64,000 nt of DNA from Candidatus Sericytochromatia bacterium. GTDB taxonomy: Bacteria > Cyanobacteriota > Sericytochromatia > S15B-MN24 > UBA4093. The stretch spans positions 130,412 through 194,411 of the forward strand of contig JAKFBU010000001.1 in the NCBI GenBank assembly GCA_036676985.1, read 5' to 3'. This document shows positions 57,779 through 64,000 of this stretch, piece by piece (positions within the stretch are counted from its first letter, which is position 1; each line of letters begins with the position of its first letter). Below the pieces are notes generated by a model that searched no databases, was not told the origin of the DNA, and worked only from the letters and a program-made list of their open reading frames with translations. The position numbers were made by a program, and so were the translations under genes.

Positions 57779-58501
57779 CTACCGCCCCGTCGCCCGGATC
57801 AGCCAGATACTCAGCTCATAGAGCACGTAGAGCGCCCCCGCCAGCATCAACTGGCTGAAGATGTCGCCCGAGGGCGAGATGAGCGCCGAGATCGCGAGCG
57901 CCGCCACCGCGGCCACCTTCCGGAAGCGCGCGAGCATGGACGAGCTGATGATCCCCACCAGCGCCAGGGCCAGGAGCACCAAGGGCAACTCGAAGATGAA
58001 GCCCGCCGCGAAGACCAGGGCCGCCGCGAACCCCAGGTACGTCCCGATGGAGAGCATGGGGGCGATGGTGGTGGGGGCGAAGCCCAAGAGGAAATGCAGC
58101 CCCGCCGGCAGCAGGAGCTTGTAGGCAAAGGCGGCGCCCGCCGTGAACAGGACGAACGAGCCGATGGAGATGGGGATCACCCAGTTGCGCTCGTTGGGCG
58201 TGAGCCCCGGCGCCAGAAAGGCGAGGATCTGGTAGAGGATCACCGGCAGCGCCAGGTAGAGCCCGCCGTAGAAGGCGACCTTGAGGCTCGCCATGAAGTA
58301 CTCGCCAGGCGCCGTGAAGATGAAGTCCACGCCGCCCGCGGGCACGGACAGCCAGGTCATGAGCTGGCGATGGACGGCGAAGCACGCGCCGAAGCCCACG
58401 ATGAGGGCCACCAGGCTCTTGACGATGCGCCAGCGGAGCTCCTCGAGGTGCTCCACGAAGGTCATCTCGCCCGTGACGCGATCCGGCGGAGTCTGGGTCA
58501 T
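57779..58501 (-). CDS. tatC: Twin-arginine translocase subunit TatC
   Basis: MTFVEHLEELRWRI, APGEYF, FLAPGL, FELP, SPSGDIFSQ, LYELSI. Confidence 0.95.
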   Translation of the reverse strand: MTQTPPDRVTGEMTFVEHLEELRWRIVKSLVALIVGFGACFAVHRQLMTWLSVPAGGVDFIFTAPGEYFMASLKVAFYGGLYLALPVILYQILAFLAPGLTPNERNWVIPISIGSFVLFTAGAAFAYKLLLPAGLHFLLGFAPTTIAPMLSIGTYLGFAAALVFAAGFIFELPLVLLALALVGIISSSMLARFRKVAAVAALAISALISPSGDIFSQLMLAGALYVLYELSIWLIRATGR

Positions 58502-59157
58502 CCCGACCTTCTGAAGTTCATGCTGCGGCCCTTGGAGGCCGGCATGTCGCCCCGCACCTGGACGAACAGCGCCCGCATGAGGCGGTGGCCCACCTCGCGC
58601 TCGACGAGGAACTTGAGGGCGTAGAGGTTGCCCACGAGCTTGCGCAAGACGCGGGCCTTGAGCTCGAAGGGCTCATCCCCCAGGGGCAGGCTGACGAGAT
58701 ACTCGCGGCCGACCACCAGCGGCTCGGAGACGGCGAGGCGCATCCCGCCGCTCGAGACGTCCAGGGTCTGGGCGTTCGTGACGGCCTGCGTCACGGGGTC
58801 CGTGACCCGCACGTCCAGCTCGATGGGAATCCGCACCGACCGGCGCAGCTCCGACTGGCCGCCGCCCCGCTGCAGCTCCTCGACCGGGGCCGGACGCTGG
58901 GCGGCCGGCTGAGCCGTTCTCGGAATGGCCTGAATGGGCAGCCGCAGGACCAGCTGCGTCTGGTGGATGGTGGTCGCGAGCTCGAGGTCCTGAGTCTGCT
59001 GATCGGGCCAGCGCAAGGTGCCGCCCGTGGCTCCCAGGGGGAGATCCATGGGGACGGTGACCTCGATGCTCTGAACCGTCACGCCGGAGACGCGCCCGGT
59101 GTACGAGCGATCGCCCAGCTGGAAGGTGACGGTGTCGCCAATCTGATAGGGAATCAC
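58498..59157 (-). CDS. PilZ domain protein (YcgR-like architecture)
   Basis: RRSVR (RxxxR) and DVSSGG (DxSxxG) c-di-GMP-binding motifs. Confidence 0.85.
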   Translation of the reverse strand: MIPYQIGDTVTFQLGDRSYTGRVSGVTVQSIEVTVPMDLPLGATGGTLRWPDQQTQDLELATTIHQTQLVLRLPIQAIPRTAQPAAQRPAPVEELQRGGGQSELRRSVRIPIELDVRVTDPVTQAVTNAQTLDVSSGGMRLAVSEPLVVGREYLVSLPLGDEPFELKARVLRKLVGNLYALKFLVEREVGHRLMRALFVQVRGDMPASKGRSMNFRRSG

Positions 59158-59205
59158 GGGGACCTCGAGTGGCCGGCCGGGAAACCCGGCCGGCCCAACC
59201 GGATC

Positions 59206-59769
59206 TTACGACGGCTCGATCAGGCCGTAGTTGCCGTCCTTACGGCGGTAGATCACGTTCACCTGGGTGGTGTACTTGTTCTGGAACATGTAGAAGTTGT
59301 GGCCCAACAGCTCCATGCGGCTCGCGGCGTCATCCGGCGCCAGCGCCTCGACCGGGTAGGACTTGGAGCGCACGATTTCGGGCTCGACCTCGATGACCTC
59401 CTCGGCCACGCTGACGCCCGTGGGCTCGACGCTGACGGCCGTGGCCGTCTTCTGACGGTGGTGCCGATCGTGACCGTGGAGCTTCTGCTGGTAGCGGCGA
59501 ATCTGGCGCTCGAGCTTGTCGGCCGCCAGGTCGAGCGAGGCATACATGTCACGCGAGCCCACCTCGGCGCGGATGACCGTGCCCTTGGCGAACATCGTCA
59601 CCTCGACGATCTGGTTGTCGGGAACGCTCGGGTTCTTGTTGACCGAGAACTCGACCTGCGCGTTGATGACGCTGTCCACGTTTTGGATGACCCGCCCGAT
59701 CTTCTTCTCGGCGTAGTCACGCAGCGCGTCCGTCACCTCCACATGGTGTCCTGTAAATACGAGTTCCAT
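59206..59769 (-). CDS. hpf: Long-form ribosome hibernation promoting factor
   Basis: VEVTDALRDYAEKKI, DMYASLDLAADKLERQIRR; C-terminal MELLGHNFYMF..VIYRRKDGNYGLIEP. Confidence 0.95.
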   Translation of the reverse strand: MELVFTGHHVEVTDALRDYAEKKIGRVIQNVDSVINAQVEFSVNKNPSVPDNQIVEVTMFAKGTVIRAEVGSRDMYASLDLAADKLERQIRRYQQKLHGHDRHHRQKTATAVSVEPTGVSVAEEVIEVEPEIVRSKSYPVEALAPDDAASRMELLGHNFYMFQNKYTTQVNVIYRRKDGNYGLIEPS

Positions 59770-59816
59770 AAGTCACTCCCTCTTTCAATCCTGGGACCCT
59801 CGCTTGTTGGCCCCCA

Positions 59817-60710
59817 TTATAGAAGCTTTCGCTCCAAAGGTCCAAAGCCCGCGGGGACGGCACAACGCTCCCTCAGAGCCTCCACCCAGCGGTAGTCGAC
59901 GGACTCCGAGCCAATGCGGGCGGGCCGTCCACCCCTCGGACCGTGGTCGTCCGATCCACCCGTCGAGAGTAATCCGTAGTAATCGGCCATTCCAGCGTAA
60001 TAATCCCGTAACATCGGGGGCTGGGAGGGATGCACCACCTCCAAGGCGTCCAGGCCTGCCTCCACCAGGCGCTCGATCAGGCTCCGGGAGTCCTCGGGAC
60101 CGGCCGGAGCGGTCAGGGGAACGGTCTTGGGATGCGCCAAGGCAGTCACACCGCCCGCCTTTCGGATGAGGGCGATCGCCTCGAAGGGAGACAGCCCCTC
60201 GCGCGGGACGTAGGTCGGAGTGCCGGGCGTCAGGAAGCGCTCGAAGGCGCTCTGCTCGCTCGCGGCATGGCCCAGGTCGACGAGCGCCCGTGCCAGGTGC
60301 GGCCGTCCAAGCGAGCCCTCGCCCGCCTGCTCCTGGACCGCCGCGAGCGTCACGGGCACGCCCCACTCCTGCAACGCCTGCACGAAGCGGGTCATGCGCC
60401 GCATGCGCTCCCCCTGCTGGCGCTGCATGGCCTCGGCCCAGCCGGGGGTGCGGGGGTCCATGAAGTAGCCGAGCACGTGGACCTCGGCGTCCTGCCAGAC
60501 GGTGTTGATCTCGACGCCCATGAGGACCTCGAGCCGGTAGCCCCGCTCGGCGACCACCGCCCGCGCGGCCTCCACCGCGCTCGTCTCGTCGTGGTCGGTG
60601 ATGGCGATGGCGCCCAGGCCGACCAGCGAAGCCGCCTCGACCAGCTCCTCGGGCGTGAAGCGCCCGTCGGAGGCCGTCGTATGTAGGTGCAAATCCGCCC
60701 GCATTCTCAC
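59817..60710 (-). CDS. PHP-domain phosphoesterase (YciV/TrpH-like)
   Basis: DLHLHTTASDG, AITDHD, HVLGY, GRPHLA, LAHP, GGSDDHG. Confidence 0.92.
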   Translation of the reverse strand: MRMRADLHLHTTASDGRFTPEELVEAASLVGLGAIAITDHDETSAVEAARAVVAERGYRLEVLMGVEINTVWQDAEVHVLGYFMDPRTPGWAEAMQRQQGERMRRMTRFVQALQEWGVPVTLAAVQEQAGEGSLGRPHLARALVDLGHAASEQSAFERFLTPGTPTYVPREGLSPFEAIALIRKAGGVTALAHPKTVPLTAPAGPEDSRSLIERLVEAGLDALEVVHPSQPPMLRDYYAGMADYYGLLSTGGSDDHGPRGGRPARIGSESVDYRWVEALRERCAVPAGFGPLERKLL

Positions 60711-60794
60711 CGCCTTCGGAATGAGGTGGCCCTATTCTAAGCGAAACGGGGCCCGGGCCAAAGGCCCGAACCCTCGATGACGCCCCGCAACCTT

Positions 60795-61055
60795 CTAGCG
60801 GGGCTCGACGATCAGCTTGATGGCGGTGCGCTCCTCGCCGTCGATGGCGATGTCGATGAACGCCGGGATGCAGACCAGATCCATGCCGCCCGGCGCCACG
60901 TAGCCCCGGGCGATCGCGATCGCCTTGACCGCCTGGTTGATGGCTCCCGCGCCGATGGCCTGCAGCTCGGCACGCCCCTTCTCGCGCAGGGCGCCCGCGA
61001 GGGCGCCTGCGACCGAACTCGGGTTGGACTTGGCGGATACCTTGAAGACCTCCAC
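60795..61055 (-). CDS. spoVS: Stage V sporulation protein S family
   Basis: KVSAKSNPSSVAGALAG, QAIGAGAINQAVKAIAIARG, IDGEERTAIKLIVEPR. Confidence 0.95.
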   Translation of the reverse strand: MEVFKVSAKSNPSSVAGALAGALREKGRAELQAIGAGAINQAVKAIAIARGYVAPGGMDLVCIPAFIDIAIDGEERTAIKLIVEPR

Positions 61056-61138
61056 GCTCGATCCTCCTGGTGAGTAGATGCGACGAGTGACGACGATGCT
61101 AGAAGAGAGGGCCGACGCTAACGCCTGGGGCGTTTTTT

Positions 61139-61933
61139 CTAACGATAGAAGATGCGCTGGATCTGCTGGGTGCGACCGGTTTGCTTGTCGATGGCGAGCC
61201 AGACGGCGGAGAAAACACCCTCTCCGTCCCCCACCTCGAATCGAACCGGCACCTGCTCCCGGATTCGCCGGAGGGCCAGATCGCTCCGGATGCCCAGGAT
61301 CGAATCGCGGGGCCCGGTCATGCCCGCATCGGTTATATACCCCGTTCCGCGCGGAAAGATCTGCTCGTCGGCGGTCTGGACGTGCGTGTGGGTGCCGATG
61401 ATGGCACTCACCTGACCGTCGAGCATGAAAGCGAGCGCCAGTTTCTCGCTGGACGCCTCGGCGTGGATGTCGATGATGACGAGCTTCGCCTGGGTCTTGA
61501 GCTTCTTGAGCTCGCGCTCGGCGACCTGGAAGGGACAGTCGCCGATGTTGATGAAGGCGCGCCCCATCAGCTGCATGACGCCCACCGAGACCCCGCCCGA
61601 CTGGAGCACCGTGAAGCCGCGCCCGGGCGTCCCCGGCGGGTAGTTGGCAGGACGGACGATGCGGTCGGCGTCGTCGATGAAGTCGAAGATCTCCTTCTTG
61701 TCCCAGGCATGGTTGCCCAGCGTGATGACGTCGACGCCGGCGTCGCGCAGCTGGTTGTAGGACTTCTCGGTCAAACCGAAGCCCCCGGAAGCGTTTTCCC
61801 CGTTGGCGATCACCAGATCGATCGGGTACTGCTTGCGGAGGCGCGGGAGACCCTTCTTGATGGCCTCGTAGCCGGGATGCCCGACGACGTCTCCGATGAA
61901 ACAGACGTTCAGGGCATTGGATGGGGCGGTCAT
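61139..61933 (-). CDS. ymdB: YmdB-family metallophosphoesterase
   Basis: IGDVVG, NGEN..GGFG, TLGNH.WDK, RPAN, DIHAEASSEK, GTHTHVQTAD, TDAGMTG. Confidence 0.94.
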   Translation of the reverse strand: MTAPSNALNVCFIGDVVGHPGYEAIKKGLPRLRKQYPIDLVIANGENASGGFGLTEKSYNQLRDAGVDVITLGNHAWDKKEIFDFIDDADRIVRPANYPPGTPGRGFTVLQSGGVSVGVMQLMGRAFINIGDCPFQVAERELKKLKTQAKLVIIDIHAEASSEKLALAFMLDGQVSAIIGTHTHVQTADEQIFPRGTGYITDAGMTGPRDSILGIRSDLALRRIREQVPVRFEVGDGEGVFSAVWLAIDKQTGRTQQIQRIFYR

Positions 61934-61952
61934 TTGGGCGTCGATTCTAGGC

Positions 61953-63506
61953 CTACTTGGCGAATTCGGTGGAACGGGTCTCGCGGATCACCGTCACCTT
62001 GATCATTCCAGGATACTCCATTTCGCTCTGAATGCGCTGGGCCATATCGCGGGCGATCTTGTGGGCGAGGACGTCGTCCACCTGCTCGGGCTTGACCATG
62101 ACGCGGATCTCGCGACCCGCCTGGATGGCGAAGGTGCGCTCGACTCCGGGGAAGGAATGGGCGATCTCTTCGAGCTTCTGCAGGCGCTTGACGTAGATGT
62201 CGATGTTCTCGCGCCGGGCTCCCGGGCGCGCCGCGGAGATGGCGTCCGCCAACAGGCAGATCACGGCCTCGACCGTGCGCGGCTCCTCGTCGTTGTGGTG
62301 GGCCCGGATGGCATGCACCACCGCCGGCTGCTCGCCGTACTTGGCCGCGAGGTCCGCGCCGATCACGGCATGGGAGCCCTCCACCTCGTGGCTGAGGGCC
62401 TTGCCCAGGTCGTGGAAGAGGGCGGCACGCTTGGCCGTCTTGACGTCCGCTCCGAGCTCCTCGGCGATCATGGTCGCGATGTGGCAGACCTCCTTGGAGT
62501 GGGCGAGCACGTTCTGACCGTAGGAGGTGCGGTAGCGCAGGCGGCCGAGAATCTTGGCGATCTCGGGGTGTACGCCCTGGATGCCGACCTCCAGGAGGGC
62601 GGCCTCGCCGTCCTCACGCATTTGGACCTCGACCTCGCGGCGGGCCTTCTCGACCTGCTCCTCGATGCGCTGGGGATGGATGCGGCCGTCGGCGATGAGC
62701 GCCTGGAGGGCGCGGCGGGCCACCTCGCGGCGAACCGGGTCGAAGCTCGACAGGACGACCGCCTCGGGCGTGTCGTCGATGATGAGGTCGATGCCCGTGG
62801 CGTTCTCGAGGGCCCGGATGTTGCGGCCCTCGCGCCCGATGATGCGGCCCTTCATCTCGTCGGAGGGCAGGGTCACGACCGAGACGGTGCCCTCGACCGT
62901 GTGGTCGACGGCACAGCGCTGGATGGCGGTGGTCACGATCTCGCGGGCCTTCTTCTCGGCCTGCTCGCGGGCCTCGTGCTCGGCCTGCTTGATCATGAGG
63001 GCGGCCTCGCGCTCGAGCTCGAGCTCCAGGCGGGACATGAGGAGCTTGCGGGCATCCTCCATCGTCAGCTCCGAGAGGCGCTCTAGCTCCTTGAGGTGGC
63101 GATCGCGAACACCCTCGACCTCCTGGCGGATGGCCTGGATGTCCTGCTCCTTGGCGCGCAGCTCGTCGACCTTCAGGTTCATGGCCTCGAGCTTGCTGTC
63201 GAGCGTCTCCTCCTTCTGAAGCAGGCGGTTCTCCCGCTTGGCAAGTTCGGCTTGGAGGTCCTTGATCTCGCGCTCCGCCTCGCTGCGGAACTTGTAGGCC
63301 TCGTCCTTGGCCACGAGCAGGAACTCCTTGGTCTTGCTCTCGGCTTCGATCTCGGCCCTGGCGATGAGCTCCTTTGCCCGTGCCTCGGCTTCGCGGAGGG
63401 TCTTCTCGACGGCTTGGTGCTTGTTGTTGGCCACCACCAGCAACCCCACCGCCACGGCGAGGCCGACGATGGCGACGATCAGGAGGATCGTCCCAAGTCC
63501 GGTCAT
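61953..63506 (-). CDS. rny: Ribonuclease Y
   Basis: N-terminal TM and coiled coil; KH domain ([14 protein letters not shown]); HD domain ([29 protein letters not shown]). Confidence 0.97.
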   Translation of the reverse strand: MTGLGTILLIVAIVGLAVAVGLLVVANNKHQAVEKTLREAEARAKELIARAEIEAESKTKEFLLVAKDEAYKFRSEAEREIKDLQAELAKRENRLLQKEETLDSKLEAMNLKVDELRAKEQDIQAIRQEVEGVRDRHLKELERLSELTMEDARKLLMSRLELELEREAALMIKQAEHEAREQAEKKAREIVTTAIQRCAVDHTVEGTVSVVTLPSDEMKGRIIGREGRNIRALENATGIDLIIDDTPEAVVLSSFDPVRREVARRALQALIADGRIHPQRIEEQVEKARREVEVQMREDGEAALLEVGIQGVHPEIAKILGRLRYRTSYGQNVLAHSKEVCHIATMIAEELGADVKTAKRAALFHDLGKALSHEVEGSHAVIGADLAAKYGEQPAVVHAIRAHHNDEEPRTVEAVICLLADAISAARPGARRENIDIYVKRLQKLEEIAHSFPGVERTFAIQAGREIRVMVKPEQVDDVLAHKIARDMAQRIQSEMEYPGMIKVTVIRETRSTEFAK

Positions 63507-63631
63507 GCCCTCACCTCGCTTTCTATTGATAAACGGCCGCCCATGGCCGGAAACGACCATGGGCAGACCAGAGAATGCCCCACACTATGTTAGGAGGCAG
63601 GATTTCACCATGTCAAGAAAAGTAATGTTGC

Positions 63632-63660
63632 ACCAAAACCGCGCGTGAGGCGGCTTTTGG
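63632..63660 (-). terminator. Hairpin terminator candidate after recA
   Basis: CCAAAACCGC..GCGGCTTTTGG imperfect stem. Confidence 0.5.
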
Positions 63661-63666
63661 CCTCAG

Positions 63667-64000
63667 CTACACCCCTGCGAGCTCAGGCTCCGCGCTGCTC
63701 TTGACGATCACCTTTTCCCGCACGAGGCGCTCGATCTCGTCGAGCAGCTCGGGCTGGTTGTCCAGGAAGGTCTTGGCGCCGTCCCGACCCTGGCCGATCT
63801 TGTTGTCGCCGTAGCTGAACCAGCTGCCCGACTTCTTGACGATCTCGTGCTCCACGGCCATGTCGAGCACGCAGCCGGCGCGGCTGACGCCCTCGCCGAA
63901 CATGAGGTCGAACTCGCAGACCCGGAAGGGGGGGCTGACCTTGTTCTTGACGACCTTGGTCTTGACCCGGTTGCCGATCTCGACGCCGTCCTTCTTGAGG
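63667..64000 (-). CDS. recA: RecA (3' portion; 5' end outside window)
   Basis: GNRVKTKVVKNKVSPPFRVCEFDLMFGEG..KKSGSWFSY..GQGRD. Confidence 0.96.
   Translation of the reverse strand, partial: LKKDGVEIGNRVKTKVVKNKVSPPFRVCEFDLMFGEGVSRAGCVLDMAVEHEIVKKSGSWFSYGDNKIGQGRDGAKTFLDNQPELLDEIERLVREKVIVKSSAEPELAGV

Noticed and set aside
60795-61055. spoVS as evidence of sporulation
   Set aside because: SpoVS occurs in non-sporulating phyla, and no other sporulation genes are present.

Overview
High-GC chromosomal window from a diderm, apparently non-photosynthetic bacterium. Cyanobacteria-like DprA-type, ThrC and DapF proteins sit beside a Firmicutes-type recA-rny-ymdB-spoVS string, which suggests a cyanobacterial sister lineage such as Sericytochromatia (inference). 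Housekeeping content: tRNA-Leu(CAA), pcrA, hppA, dapL/dapF/miaA, phnDCE, hom-thrC, tatC, hpf, rny, recA. Signalling content: HD-GYP, GAF-GGDEF behind an RsbW/RsbV pair, an orphan GAF-PAS kinase, PilZ, and a degenerate GGDEF. The most notable accessory block is at about 4.6-18.8 kb. An orphan motAB with an altered rotor-contact residue abuts two paralogous GT-C-like membrane proteins, a DUF2723/TMEM260-type protein O-glycosyltransferase and a polyprenol-phosphate sugar synthase. About 2.3 kb further on is a four-gene operon of Ser/Thr-rich Ig-fold lipoproteins, three with IPT/TIG domains. Together these form a candidate bacterial IPT-domain O-glycosylation system. Other signals: three families of REP/MITE-like intergenic elements (one holding a 5x35-bp array), recurring sigmaB/SigF-type promoters, a lipoprotein with a toxin-like RNase motif and no immunity gene, and a putative attenuator before hppA. 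No CRISPR array, integrase or transposase was seen. All family calls come from reading motifs by eye; no searches were run.
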